From: Candidatus Poribacteria bacterium
GTDB taxonomy: Bacteria; Poribacteria; WGA-4E; WGA-3G
NCBI GenBank assembly: GCA_965214095.1
Contig: OZ243938.1
Span: 960,001-1,024,000, forward strand
DNA: 64,000 bases
Direction: 5' to 3'
The translations under genes were made by a program, and so were the position numbers. This document shows, piece after piece, positions 1 through 13,039 of the stretch (positions are counted from its first letter, which is position 1; every line of letters begins with the position of its first letter). Under the pieces are notes generated by a model. The model did not search any database and was not told the origin of the DNA. It saw only the letters and a program-made list of their open reading frames with translations.

Positions 1-2
1 TT

Positions 3-1694
3 GATATTGCGTTCAGTTCGGATGGAAAAGTGCTTGCCAGTGCCAGTATCCATGAGATTAATCTTTGGGATATAAGTACAAAAACTCACAAACAAAGGGT
101 TAGAAGGTATACTTATAGCGGTACATCTCGGATATCATTCAACAATAGTGACAAACTTATAGTCGCCGAAGTGGATACCAACAAAAACAAGACTATTGAG
201 TTGACAGATCTTATGTCGGAGTTAACCGAGAACCCGCAAAAGAAGGTATTAGAGGGACAGGAACATCCGGTAAGAGGCGTATCATTTAGTCCAGACGGTG
301 AAATCTTAGTAAGTGTTGGGATGCGTAAGACATTCCATTTTTGGGATGTCAATACTGGAAAACAGAGGAAAATACTGAATGGTGATACAGATGATGTCTC
401 AGGAGTGTTTTTCAGCACTGATGGAAAATCATTGGTAACAGTTGACAAAAACAAAGCAATGCATATATGGGATATTGCTACTGGAGAGAAAAGGAGTACC
501 ATCAAAGGGAATTTCAAATCTTCGCGATTAGTGGACATAATCCATAATGGGGAGTCTATCGTCAGTAAAGATATAAATGGCTCAATCAATTTATGGAACT
601 CTGATAATGCAATACATCAGAAAACAATCACAGGACATGCCACCTGGAATCATGACGTATTGTTCAATCCAGATGGAAGTATAGTTGCAACACGGGAAGG
701 TTGGCGGAGTAAAAATATACATTTGTGGGATCTGAACACAGGGAAATATCGAAGTACACTGCTTGGCCATAAGAAGCAGATTTACAGTATTGCCTTTAGT
801 CCGGATGGAAAAACACTTGCAAGTGGTAGTGCAGACAAAACCATCTACCTATGGGATGTTTTTTCAGGAGAAATGAAGAAGAAAATACGGGGAAATAGAC
901 ACCCGATTAAGACAGTTATATTTAGTCCGAATGGTGAGACGCTTGCTGGTGTGGATGTAAAGAATGGGATGTATTTATGGGATGTATCCTCTGGAGCATT
1001 GAAAATGGACGGTACAACGCGTATCACCGATATTGCATTTAGTCGGGATGGAAAATCCCTTCTGAGTTGGGATTATCAAGGATACTTCACTGTGTGGGAT
1101 GTTACTACTGGCAAAGCTAATACAGTCAAGACTCACTATACACGAATTTTATCAAATCAACTTTTTAGTCCAGATGGGAAATCATTTGCAGTATCAACTA
1201 TTCAATTTACCAGAGAACAAGGAAGGATTGTTCAGATTGATTTATGGGATGTTGTTGCTGGACATGTCAAGCATACACTTGTAGGACATACAGATGAGAT
1301 TTTGTCTTTGGCTTTCACTCCAAATGGAAAAACATTAGCAAGTGGAAGCAGAGATAAAACAATCCGTTTCTGGGATGTTGCCACTGGTGAACAGGTGCGT
1401 ATAGTCACGGATCCGCGTTGGAATACTGGTCGCCGCAGAGATGAATATGATGTCAGTTACGTTTCTTTTAGTCAGGATGGAGGAACACTTGCCAGTGGAC
1501 TTTGGGGTGGTGCCATCTACTTGTGGGACACGGAAACCGGACAGCAAAAGCAGGTTCTCTCTGGACATACGCATGTGATAGTTCAGATTATTTTCGGCGA
1601 AGAGGGTCAACCTATTGCCAGCAGTAGTATGGATGGTACCATTCTGATATGGGATAATACATCATTTACTGAGGAACTGGATGCAATGAAATAG
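3..1694 (+). CDS. WD40-repeat beta-propeller protein, 5' partial
   Basis: Frame is open from the window edge; many GH...FSPDG..LASGS.D.TI.LWD repeats. Confidence 0.9.
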   Translation, partial: DIAFSSDGKVLASASIHEINLWDISTKTHKQRVRRYTYSGTSRISFNNSDKLIVAEVDTNKNKTIELTDLMSELTENPQKKVLEGQEHPVRGVSFSPDGEILVSVGMRKTFHFWDVNTGKQRKILNGDTDDVSGVFFSTDGKSLVTVDKNKAMHIWDIATGEKRSTIKGNFKSSRLVDIIHNGESIVSKDINGSINLWNSDNAIHQKTITGHATWNHDVLFNPDGSIVATREGWRSKNIHLWDLNTGKYRSTLLGHKKQIYSIAFSPDGKTLASGSADKTIYLWDVFSGEMKKKIRGNRHPIKTVIFSPNGETLAGVDVKNGMYLWDVSSGALKMDGTTRITDIAFSRDGKSLLSWDYQGYFTVWDVTTGKANTVKTHYTRILSNQLFSPDGKSFAVSTIQFTREQGRIVQIDLWDVVAGHVKHTLVGHTDEILSLAFTPNGKTLASGSRDKTIRFWDVATGEQVRIVTDPRWNTGRRRDEYDVSYVSFSQDGGTLASGLWGGAIYLWDTETGQQKQVLSGHTHVIVQIIFGEEGQPIASSSMDGTILIWDNTSFTEELDAMK

Positions 1695-1761
1695 TTTGTC
1701 AGTCGGACGAATAATAGACATACAAGGTGATGCGAGAAACTGGCAGTATTTCTTGGTGGTT

Positions 1762-1797
1762 AAAAGCAAAGGGCAGACGCGATGTCTGCCCTTTTGA
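1762..1797. terminator. Intrinsic terminator downstream of 5S rRNA, likely bidirectional
   Basis: Hairpin AAAGGGCAGAC-GCGAT-GTCTGCCCTTTT between convergent units. Confidence 0.75.
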
Positions 1798-1804
1798 TAA
1801 GTAT

Positions 1805-1921
1805 TCCGGCAGCGACCTACTTTCCCGCGGGGTTGCCCCCGAAGTATCATCAGCGCTGAAGGGCTTAACTACCGTGTTCGGAATGGGAACGGGTGTGTCC
1901 CCTTCGCTGTAACCACCGGAA
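1805..1921 (-). rRNA. rrf: 5S rRNA
   Basis: Minus strand has the 5S motifs CCCGTTCCCATTCCGAACACGG and GAAAGTAGGTCGCTGCCGG; ends approximate. Confidence 0.95.
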
Positions 1922-1982
1922 AGGTGTATAATAATATTTGACAAATGAATAGTGTGTGAGGGGTCGGTAGAGAAAAATAAGT

Positions 1983-4979
<2,997 letters not shown>

Positions 4980-5020
4980 GGTGATATTTTTCTTTCTACC
5001 GATTTACCCTCTACTATTCA

Positions 5021-5035
5021 TTTTGTCAAAGAACG
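5021..5035 (-). promoter_or_regulatory. boxA-like antitermination element upstream of 23S
   Basis: Minus strand GTTCTTTGACAAAA resembles boxA TGCTCTTTAACA. Confidence 0.55.
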
Positions 5036-5077
5036 CCGCCTATATTCTCAGAAATGCGTTGCATTTCATTTAGGCGA

Positions 5078-5150
5078 TGGAGATGAGCGGAGTTGAACCG
5101 CTGACCTACTGCGTGCAAAGCAGTTGCTCTCCCAGCTGAGCTACACCCCC
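5078..5150 (-). tRNA. tRNA-Ala(TGC)
   Basis: GGGGGTGTAGCTCAGCTGGGAGAGC...ACTGC-TTTGCAC-GCAGT...GGTTCAACTCCG cloverleaf. Confidence 0.95.
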
Positions 5151-5218
5151 TCGCGCCATGTGGTATTCAGTCAACCACGAAATCTGACCTAAGTCAAACC
5201 CTTATGATAAGGTATATT

Positions 5219-5330
5219 AGTATACTATAGAGTCTATACATAAGTCAAATTTATTTTCAAAGAACGGGATGAAATTTACTTCCATTCCAAAACAGATTCT
5301 AAGTATAACACATTACGTGGTGTATGTCAA
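5219..5330 (-). promoter_or_regulatory. Tandem sigma-70 promoters of the tRNA-Ala-23S-5S unit
   Basis: TTGACA-17-TATACT with extended -10 TG at 5330-5302; TTGACT-18-TATACT at 5248-5219. Confidence 0.7.
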
Positions 5331-5407
5331 ATATATTTTACAAAAAATACAACAAATTTGTCAATTTTATTGTAAAGTTCTATAAACCTGCTTGAATTCA
5401 ATAGGGT

Positions 5408-5436
5408 TTGACTTTTCTATCAATATACATTATAAT
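5408..5436 (+). promoter_or_regulatory. Sigma-70 promoter, divergent from the rRNA unit
   Basis: TTGACT-17-TATAAT. Confidence 0.6.
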
Positions 5437-5553
5437 ATTTCCAAATATCCACATGAATTAAATTTATGTCTAAACTGATGTTATTCAAGAATTTCAAATC
5501 AAAGTGAACTCATATCAACCGGTAATTAGACTAATATACGCAAGGAGAAATAA

Positions 5554-5799
5554 ATGGCAACGATAGTAAGACATAATGCCACTGGAAAAAACTACTGCTT
5601 GCTCGGAACAGGTTTTGGTGCCTATCAATCTAAGAAGCCAAGTATGTTTTTGGGTAATTGGATGGCAGATATTGAGGAAGGTCAATTTGCAATGGCATGT
5701 GTCTGTGATAGTACAGGTAGAGTAAGTTGGGTACAAGCAGAAGATATTACCGTTGTCAGTATTGATGGACAAGATATCAGTAGTCTATCACTTGCATGA
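5554..5799 (+). CDS. Small hypothetical protein
   Basis: 81-aa ORF with AAGGAG ribosome-binding site and upstream promoter. Confidence 0.75.
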   Translation: MATIVRHNATGKNYCLLGTGFGAYQSKKPSMFLGNWMADIEEGQFAMACVCDSTGRVSWVQAEDITVVSIDGQDISSLSLA

Positions 5800-5832
5800 C
5801 TAACTTTCTTTTGCAACTCACAGGAAAGAAAA

Positions 5833-5935
5833 TATAGTAGATCTTGAAGTTACTTGAACACTCTGCATCGGCGAGGTTAGGAAACCTCGCCTACCGTGGG
5901 TCGAAAGTGTCAACTTAAATTTATAATTCACTATA
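5833..5935. mobile_element. 103-bp MITE-like element (TATAGT...ACTATA ends) containing one REP
   Basis: Near-identical copy at 46222-46324; internal GGCGAGGTTAGGAAACCTCGCCTAC. Confidence 0.75.
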
Positions 5936-5973
5936 ACTAACTGACTTTTTCATGAAAGGAAACTTTTCACCGT

Positions 5974-6552
5974 ATGGATTTACAACAAATTAACGTCAAG
6001 GTTTTCGCCACCGAAGAAAGCGAAATTAACTACACAAACTTTATCAAAGTTTTCAACCGTTGGATGGAAGAAGCAGACTCCGATGACTACCTTAACTACG
6101 CGGATTATTCACACGTTGAGGCCGGTCCAGGAGTCCTATTGATTTTGAAACAAGCAAACTATAGTATTGACAATGCCTATCATCAGGCAGGATTTCTATA
6201 CAACAGAAAGCATGAAGTAGATGGGGATAACGGAGATAAAATCCGACAAGCACTCACTGAGACCCTTTCTAAGTGTGAACTACTTGAAGCATCTGAAGAA
6301 TTAGAAAATGCTATCCAATTCAATGGGACTGAGATACTATTTATGGTAAACAATCGTCATATTGCACCGAACACTGACGAGACTGCAGAAGCAATTCAAG
6401 CTGACCTTGAACCCGTGCTCAAACAGATGTACGATGGCGATGATTTCACAATTGAACGCACCTCTGATGATGCACGTGAACGTTTCGCAGTGCGTATCTC
6501 TGCAAATTCATCCAAACCGATATCTGAACTCATCTCCAATCTCGGAGGATAA
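5974..6552 (+). CDS. Hypothetical protein, translationally coupled to moeB
   Basis: 192-aa ORF with AAAGGA upstream; stop is 1 nt before the next ATG. Confidence 0.8.
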   Translation: MDLQQINVKVFATEESEINYTNFIKVFNRWMEEADSDDYLNYADYSHVEAGPGVLLILKQANYSIDNAYHQAGFLYNRKHEVDGDNGDKIRQALTETLSKCELLEASEELENAIQFNGTEILFMVNNRHIAPNTDETAEAIQADLEPVLKQMYDGDDFTIERTSDDARERFAVRISANSSKPISELISNLGG

Positions 6553-6553
6553 T

Positions 6554-7360
6554 ATGTTTAACTTTTCCAAAGAACAAATTGAGCGATATAGCCGACATAT
6601 TATCCTCAAAGAGGTCGGTGGGATGGGACAGACAAAACTCCTTGAGTCAAAAGTTCTTCTCATCGGGGCAGGTGGACTCGGTTCACCTATTGCTGTCTAC
6701 CTCGCAGCGGCTGGAGTCGGTACTCTCGGCATCATTGACGATGATGTCGTTGACCTCAGCAATCTGCAACGTCAAATCCTTCACGGAACAAGTGATATCG
6801 GCGTACCTAAGACAAAATCCGCAGAAGCCACTATCACTGAGATGAACCCTGATGTCAAAGTAATTCCCATCAATGAACGCATCAACTCAGAGAACGTTTT
6901 TCAGATATTGGAACAGTATGATTTAATCGTAGACGGTTGCGATAACTTTCCTACACGTTATTTAATCAACGATGCGTGTGTCATGCTTGGAAAACCGATA
7001 GTACACGGCAGTATTTTCCAGTTTGATGGCCAAGTCACAGTGCTATATCCCGGTAAAGGACCTTGCTATCGATGCATCTTTCCTGAACCACCCCCAGCAG
7101 GACTCGCACCGAGTTGCCAAGAAGCAGGTGTCTTCGGTGTCCTCCCTGGTATCATCGGCACAATTCAGGCAGTTGAAGCAATTAAAATCCTATTAGACAT
7201 AGGCGATTCATTAATTGGCACTCTCCTACTCTTTGATGCGCTAACAATGACATTCAATCGAATGAAACTCCGCCAAGATGAAAACTGCCCAATGTGTGGT
7301 GAAAATCCTACCATTACAGAACTCATTGATTACGAAGAATTCTGTGAAGTTCAATGGTAG
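6554..7360 (+). CDS. moeB: MoeB/ThiF-family sulfur-carrier adenylyltransferase
   Basis: ERYSRHI, GAGGLG, DLSNLQRQ and two CxxC motifs; start reassigned to MFNFSKEQ after GGAGG. Confidence 0.9.
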   Translation: MFNFSKEQIERYSRHIILKEVGGMGQTKLLESKVLLIGAGGLGSPIAVYLAAAGVGTLGIIDDDVVDLSNLQRQILHGTSDIGVPKTKSAEATITEMNPDVKVIPINERINSENVFQILEQYDLIVDGCDNFPTRYLINDACVMLGKPIVHGSIFQFDGQVTVLYPGKGPCYRCIFPEPPPAGLAPSCQEAGVFGVLPGIIGTIQAVEAIKILLDIGDSLIGTLLLFDALTMTFNRMKLRQDENCPMCGENPTITELIDYEEFCEVQW

Positions 7361-7411
7361 TAAATACAAACATTAACTGGACTTGCATACAAGAAAAGAT
7401 AGGATGAAAAC

Positions 7412-7603
7412 ATGGAGGCAAAAATGGTATTGCTATTGGCTTCACTTACATCACTTATAATCTCTATTTTCTTTACAACTTTATTCATACTTATCGTATT
7501 AGAACTGAAAGCTATTTCAAGGTCCTTGTCCAACATTGAGAAATATCTTATCCAATCCAATCGTAAAGATGAAGATAGAAAAACATCCACCCAAGTCTAC
7601 TGA
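7412..7603 (+). CDS. Small putative membrane protein
   Basis: 63 aa, hydrophobic N-terminus, AGGA upstream. Confidence 0.5.
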   Translation: MEAKMVLLLASLTSLIISIFFTTLFILIVLELKAISRSLSNIEKYLIQSNRKDEDRKTSTQVY

Positions 7604-7702
7604 TTGCTAAGATTGATTGTTGGAGAGGGTTTCTAACCCCGATATATCCTAATATCACCTGACATTTCAATGGTATTGCCGAAGGTATATTATGCGGGAT
7701 AT

Positions 7703-7877
7703 CCATAAGCGTCAATTTAGCGTCCTTCCAAGTACCGGTAGGTTCGGTTTCCTAACCGAACCGGCTTTGTGCCAAATACCTTCATAGAGGTTCTCGCTTA
7801 GGATCCGGTTCGGTTAGGAAACCGAACCTACCGTCACGGGGAATGAAGCGTAATTCTCCTTAAATTGACGCCTATGG
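7703..7877. mobile_element. MITE-like element (CCATAAGCGTCAATTTA...TAAATTGACGCCTATGG) enclosing an inverted REP pair, flanked by ~21-bp direct repeats
   Basis: Terminal inverted repeats visible; REPs GTAGGTTCGGTTTCCTAACCGAACC in inverted orientation; direct repeats at 7684-7704 and 7877-7897. Confidence 0.75.
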
Positions 7878-8061
7878 GTATATTATGCGTGACATCCAAC
7901 AAAATAACGCTAATAATAGCAACATGGAAGAGAAGTAACTACCATTATAGTTGAACCAAAAACAACATACTCTTAAGAAATAATAGGTCAGTACTCACGC
8001 AATTTATTACGCCTCGGACATTCTACAACTCCGTTTGAACTGATTATTTCACAATTAAGTC

Positions 8062-9090
8062 TTATTTTTCAGACATAGTATCGGTTCTGGATTTTCCCTT
8101 AAACACTGCATAGAGATACCAGAAGGCAGGAACAAGTATGATAACCCCAATAACAACAATAACCAATATGGGACGCAACACAGAATTTGGTGCTGCAGTG
8201 TTAGAAAAAGTTAGGTTTGGTGAAATAAGATAAGGATATTGAGCAAATCCCCAACCCAAAATAATCAACACGACCTGTATCGGCACAAGCACACGTGCAA
8301 GGTGGAAGTGCCGTCTCCAAATCGCCCAAATTGCCCAAATTGAGACTACCCCTGTTAATATATGGAACGGAATAGACCAGACACTATTTCCCAAACCGCG
8401 ACGTATTGAAGGTGCACCTTCAGCAGACAAAAGAAAACTGATCACTGCCATCAATCCGACACTGAATGCTCCGATGAGAGCACGCATACGAAAATCTTCA
8501 CGCAATTCAGGATCATCCGTTTCAAGCGTCAGGTAAACCGCAGCAATCAATCCACAGAGAGCCAAGGTGAAAAAACCGATTGCAAATGGGAACGGTGCCA
8601 ACCAAGACGAGATAAAATCTGTGTCTACATGTCCAGTTTCTACATTAACATGTATTGTTCCAGAGGCGACTGCACCTAAAGCCACCCCCAACATAATAGG
8701 TGTAATTATGCTTGCAATAGCAAACACACGACTCCAACGGAGATGTGTCGTCTCAGATTGGTCATCATACGTTCTGAATACGAAGGCTGTCCCTCGAAGT
8801 ACAATTCCGAATAACATCAGTGTCAGTGGGATGTGTAGAGCAGTTCCTATAGTTGCAAATGCCACGGGAAACGCAGCAAATAGCAGCACAATAATGACAA
8901 TCAACCAAACGTGATTTGCTTCCCAGATTGGAGCAAGTGCGTGGGTAATTAGGTCACGTTGAGATTTTGCCCGTTTACCTGTTGCAAATAGGTCCCAGAT
9001 TCCGCCACCAAAATCTGCACCACCAGTCAGCATATAGATTACCAGTGAGATTAGCATTACACCAGCAATCCAGATTTCAAGACCAAACAT
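8062..9090 (-). CDS. cydB: Cytochrome bd oxidase subunit II
   Basis: GGADFGGG and PIWEANHVWLI motifs; start MFGLEIW. Confidence 0.93.
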   Translation of the reverse strand: MFGLEIWIAGVMLISLVIYMLTGGADFGGGIWDLFATGKRAKSQRDLITHALAPIWEANHVWLIVIIVLLFAAFPVAFATIGTALHIPLTLMLFGIVLRGTAFVFRTYDDQSETTHLRWSRVFAIASIITPIMLGVALGAVASGTIHVNVETGHVDTDFISSWLAPFPFAIGFFTLALCGLIAAVYLTLETDDPELREDFRMRALIGAFSVGLMAVISFLLSAEGAPSIRRGLGNSVWSIPFHILTGVVSIWAIWAIWRRHFHLARVLVPIQVVLIILGWGFAQYPYLISPNLTFSNTAAPNSVLRPILVIVVIGVIILVPAFWYLYAVFKGKSRTDTMSEK

Positions 9091-9108
9091 TTGCTTTCTC
9101 CACAGCTT

Positions 9109-9605
9109 TATAGTAGAATCCAAAATATGTGGACACTGTGCGATGGGGTCTCACACAACACCTTTGTAATAGGTGCTGGGTAACCCAGCCCTATATGCGT
9201 CAATGTATCATCCTTCCAAGTACCGGTAGGTTCGGTTTCCTAACCGAACCGGTTTTGTGCCAAATACCTTCATAGAGGTTCTCGCACAGGTTCCGTGCGG
9301 TTAGGAAACCGCACCTACCGGCCTGGGGAAAACGCCTAATTTACACTAAATTGACGCTCATGGTGCTGGGTAATCCTGCTCCATATACGTCAATGTATCA
9401 TCCTTCCAAGTACCGGTAGGTTCGGTTTCCTAACCGAACCGGTTTTGTGCCAAATACCTTCATAGAGGTTCTCGCACAGGTTCCGTGCGGTTAGGAAACC
9501 GCACCTACCGGCCTGGGGAAAACGCCTAATTTACACTAAATTGACGCCTATGGTACTGGGTAACCCCGCCCCTACGTTTCCTGCCGCGTGTGCAAATAAT
9601 TTATG
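9109..9605. repeat. Nested repeat complex in the cydA-cydB spacer with two tandem 190-bp REPIN-bearing units
   Basis: Units at ~9191-9363 and 9381-9553 are nearly identical, bounded by three copies of a GGTRCTGGGTAAYCC repeat. Confidence 0.85.
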
Positions 9606-9606
9606 A

Positions 9607-10896
9607 TTATTCTTGGAATATTTGTCGCCGCATCAGGATAACAACTATTATTGAGAGGAAAATGTAGAGTATCGTAAATCCAATAAAGGGAACTACAAGA
9701 TTTGGCATTGGCGTAACAGCATCTGCTGTGCGCATGTAGTTGTAAATGACCCACGGTTGCCGTCCGACTTCTGTCACTGTCCACCCCGCTTCAATCGCAA
9801 TAAACCCCAGTGGCGCACAACATGTGACAAACCTGAGATACCATCTATCAACAGGTATCCCTTTACGTTTCCATGCCAACCATCCGCCAAGTAGACCAGC
9901 AACAATCATTACCATGCCACACGCAACCATAATCTGAAAAGCATAGTGGACAATTGCAACGGGAGGACGATCTTCGGGTGGATATTCTTTGAGTCCTTTT
10001 ATTTCAGCATTGAAATCAAAATGTGCAAGGAAACTGAGTGCTTTTGGGATTTCTATGGCATAGCGGGTCACTTCGTCCTTTTCATCAGGAATGCCGCCGA
10101 TACGCAAGGGAGCACCACGTTCTGTTTCCCACTGTGCCTCCATTGCAGCAAGTTTAACAGGTTGATGTTTTGCCACCTTTTTCGCACTGATGTCTCCAGA
10201 AATCGGCTGTAGAATTGAAAATACTACTCCTACACTTAGTGCGATAGCGAATGCTTTTCTATGAAAAGAACTCTCTGGATTTTGCCTCAGAAAATATGCA
10301 TGTATGCCAGCAACAGCGAATCCAACTGCAAGGAATGCAGCGATGGTCATGTGAAGACATTGACTGAATGAGGATGGGTTTAACATCGCAGCGATTGGGT
10401 CAATGTTAGTAAAGTTGCCATCAATGTATGTAAACCCGGTGGGAGTGTTCATCCAAGCATTTGCAGTAACAACGAATATACCGGACATCATGCCACCCAG
10501 TAGCACCATCACACCTGCTAACCAGTGAACCTTCTTTGGAACACGATCCCATCCATATAGATAGATGCCGAGAAAGATTGCTTCAATAAAGAATGCCAAA
10601 CCTTCCAAAGAAAATGGCATACCTATGATACGACCTGCATGTGCCATAAAGGTTGGCCACAACAACCCGAGTTCAAAGGATAAGACGGTTCCTGAAACCG
10701 CACCGACAGCAAACATAATTGCTGTCCCTTTTGACCATCGTTTAGCAAGTGTGAGATAAGTGTCATCGTTGGTTCTAAGCCACATACCTTCAGCAATCAC
10801 CATGAGTAGTGGCATTGCTATCCCAACGGAGGCAAAGATGATATGAAAGGCGAGAGACATCGCCATCTGTGCGCGTGCTGCTAACAGGTCTGCCAT
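9607..10896 (-). CDS. cydA: Cytochrome bd oxidase subunit I
   Basis: FHIIF, GAVSGTVLSFE, QPVKLAAME and GWTVTEVGRQPW motifs. Confidence 0.95.
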   Translation of the reverse strand: MADLLAARAQMAMSLAFHIIFASVGIAMPLLMVIAEGMWLRTNDDTYLTLAKRWSKGTAIMFAVGAVSGTVLSFELGLLWPTFMAHAGRIIGMPFSLEGLAFFIEAIFLGIYLYGWDRVPKKVHWLAGVMVLLGGMMSGIFVVTANAWMNTPTGFTYIDGNFTNIDPIAAMLNPSSFSQCLHMTIAAFLAVGFAVAGIHAYFLRQNPESSFHRKAFAIALSVGVVFSILQPISGDISAKKVAKHQPVKLAAMEAQWETERGAPLRIGGIPDEKDEVTRYAIEIPKALSFLAHFDFNAEIKGLKEYPPEDRPPVAIVHYAFQIMVACGMVMIVAGLLGGWLAWKRKGIPVDRWYLRFVTCCAPLGFIAIEAGWTVTEVGRQPWVIYNYMRTADAVTPMPNLVVPFIGFTILYIFLSIIVVILMRRQIFQE

Positions 10897-10947
10897 AGGT
10901 TTTTCCTATAGGCGGGTTATGGACCCGCCAAAATAAAACGGTAGTAG

Positions 10948-11769
10948 TTATGCTACCCATGGTTCAAGACCGAGAAGTTTTTTCCCTAACGGTGTAAGTG
11001 CAGCCGTTTTTCCTTCATTGTGTTCCTTCTCTTTTTGGTTTTTACCAAGTCCTGTGAGTCGTTCCTTCCATCCTGTTACCCGACTTTCGCTTGTATCTTT
11101 GCCATCATTTGGTGCGGGTGACATGGTGATATATTGTGCCATACGGGGACGTTCAGCGGAATTTGGACTACTGCCATGAGGTAATGCACTGTGCCATATA
11201 ACGAGATCGCCTGCATTTCCTGCGATTGGAACGGTTTGATCTTGATAGGCACGCACAATATGTCGTGGATTTTGATCATCAGGGAGACTGTCTAACCACG
11301 TTTCCAATTTTCGATGGAAACCGGGAATGCAGGTAAATGCTCCCTGATTACTTGGTGTATCTGCCAGATAGAGCACGCCTTGCACCTTTAACGTTACCGG
11401 CATATTATCTAAAGACATATCCCAATGTAGATACGGACCGGGGAATTTCCAATCATCACGTTCTGGTGGATTCATACTTGCGCGGTCAAAACTGACCCAT
11501 AGTTTTTCGTTATTCCAGATTTCTGTGAATGCTTGGTGCACCCGTGGATATTGTCTGTTATCCCACAATGCTTGGTGTTGATATATTTCGACCATGATAC
11601 CCCGACGATCTGTTGGATACCAACTATCGGGATTGTCTCCATCCATTTCAAGGAAGTCCCATACAGCCTGTTCTGCTGCACGGCAATTTTCAAGTGGAAC
11701 TGCTTCACGGACAACGACATAGCCGTGTTCGTTCCAAAATTCTAAATCTTCTTTAGTAAAGACAGGCAT
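10948..11769 (-). CDS. Phytanoyl-CoA dioxygenase (PhyH) family 2OG-Fe(II) oxygenase
   Basis: HWD (HxD) motif, GDLVIWHSALPHGS, EHGYVVV. Confidence 0.85.
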   Translation of the reverse strand: MPVFTKEDLEFWNEHGYVVVREAVPLENCRAAEQAVWDFLEMDGDNPDSWYPTDRRGIMVEIYQHQALWDNRQYPRVHQAFTEIWNNEKLWVSFDRASMNPPERDDWKFPGPYLHWDMSLDNMPVTLKVQGVLYLADTPSNQGAFTCIPGFHRKLETWLDSLPDDQNPRHIVRAYQDQTVPIAGNAGDLVIWHSALPHGSSPNSAERPRMAQYITMSPAPNDGKDTSESRVTGWKERLTGLGKNQKEKEHNEGKTAALTPLGKKLLGLEPWVA

Positions 11770-11881
11770 GAGTTACTCCGATCATATTAATTTGACCGTT
11801 TTAGGTCAATACGTTGTTGATATAAGTTAAGTCACTCAATAATCTTACAAATATTTTCAATGTATAACGTAAGGAAACGAT

Positions 11882-12565
11882 TTATGTTGCAAAATGCTTT
11901 CTGGCATATTCAAGTCGTTCTGGCACACCGATGTCTATCCATTCGGTTTCGACTTTATGGACATAAAGTTGTGATAGGAAAGGGAAGACATCACGTTCAA
12001 TAGAAAAGACATCCTTCTTTGGAAAAGCATCAATTATGGATTGGTTAAAAAGAAAAACTGCAGCGTTTGCACAACCCGGTCGCGCGATTTGTTGTTTTTC
12101 TCTAAACTCAGTGATGCGTCCCTGTGCATTAGACACAATTTCTCCGTAAGATGTTAGATCTTGCACTGAAATCCCGAGTAATAATCCATCCATTTCAGGT
12201 CGTAGTTGAGTCAGCATATCGGACAATGAGATGTTTTTCAACAATATATCTCCATGAAGAACAAAGACAGGGAATTCATCAACGAAGCGGAATGCGTTTT
12301 TTATCGCACCACCTGTTCCCAATCGTTTATCCTCTTTGGCATATCGAATTCTCAGACCAGCACATTCTTCGCCTACTTGTGCATATAGCACGTCATGCAA
12401 ATGTCCTGAAGCAAGAATTACCTCATGCACTCCTGCTGAAGACAGTAGTTCAAGCTGCCATTCTAAAACAGTTCTTTCATCGATTTTCAACAGAACTTTT
12501 GGAAGTGTTTGTGTAGTTTTACCGAGTCTTGTGGAGAGTCCGCCGCAGAGAATAATCGCTTGCAT
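11882..12565 (-). CDS. Sugar-phosphate nucleotidyltransferase
   Basis: AIILCGGLSTRL...PK, LGTGGAI, WIDIG. Confidence 0.85.
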   Translation of the reverse strand: MQAIILCGGLSTRLGKTTQTLPKVLLKIDERTVLEWQLELLSSAGVHEVILASGHLHDVLYAQVGEECAGLRIRYAKEDKRLGTGGAIKNAFRFVDEFPVFVLHGDILLKNISLSDMLTQLRPEMDGLLLGISVQDLTSYGEIVSNAQGRITEFREKQQIARPGCANAAVFLFNQSIIDAFPKKDVFSIERDVFPFLSQLYVHKVETEWIDIGVPERLEYARKHFAT

Positions 12566-12597
12566 GAGTTAATTTCCATAGTAGGCAGTGGATATTC

Positions 12598-12993
12598 TCA
12601 ATTGAAATCAGTTTTGGGTATATAATCAAATGCACTCTGAATTTGCTCAAGATGTAGGACTTCAAGCTGTGGCGACAAATGTATTGCTATCACATCAAAA
12701 CGGCATGGTGCATTCATTAGATTCTTCTTTTGTAAATATGCCAATGCGATTTTTGAAATTTGACGTTGTTTCTTTAGGGTTACTGCGTATTGTGGCAATC
12801 CAAACTTTAAACTGCGTCGCGTTTTAACTTCAACGAATACAATCCTATCTCCCTGTTTCACGATTAAATCAATTTCACCGCGTCGGAAACGGTAGTTCTG
12901 TGCAAGAATTTGATAGCCATGTGCTTTTAGATATTCTGCTGCAGCGGATTCACCGATTTTAGCAATGACTGTGCGAGGATGATGTTTTGACAT
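12598..12993 (-). CDS. yraN: YraN family protein
   Basis: GEIDLI, FVEVKTR, RFDVI. Confidence 0.9.
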   Translation of the reverse strand: MSKHHPRTVIAKIGESAAAEYLKAHGYQILAQNYRFRRGEIDLIVKQGDRIVFVEVKTRRSLKFGLPQYAVTLKKQRQISKIALAYLQKKNLMNAPCRFDVIAIHLSPQLEVLHLEQIQSAFDYIPKTDFN

Positions 12994-13039
12994 GCCAAGT
13001 TTCCCTCTTATGTTGAGGATAGTCTATGGTTAGATGAAA

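Noticed and set aside
6362-6553. Long N-terminal extension of MoeB
   Set aside because: Overlaps the upstream gene; a strong ribosome-binding site supports ATG at 6554
9172-9575. CRISPR-like repeat-spacer-repeat pattern
   Set aside because: The 'spacers' are ~170 bp and near-identical, the repeats are REP hairpins, and no cas genes are present
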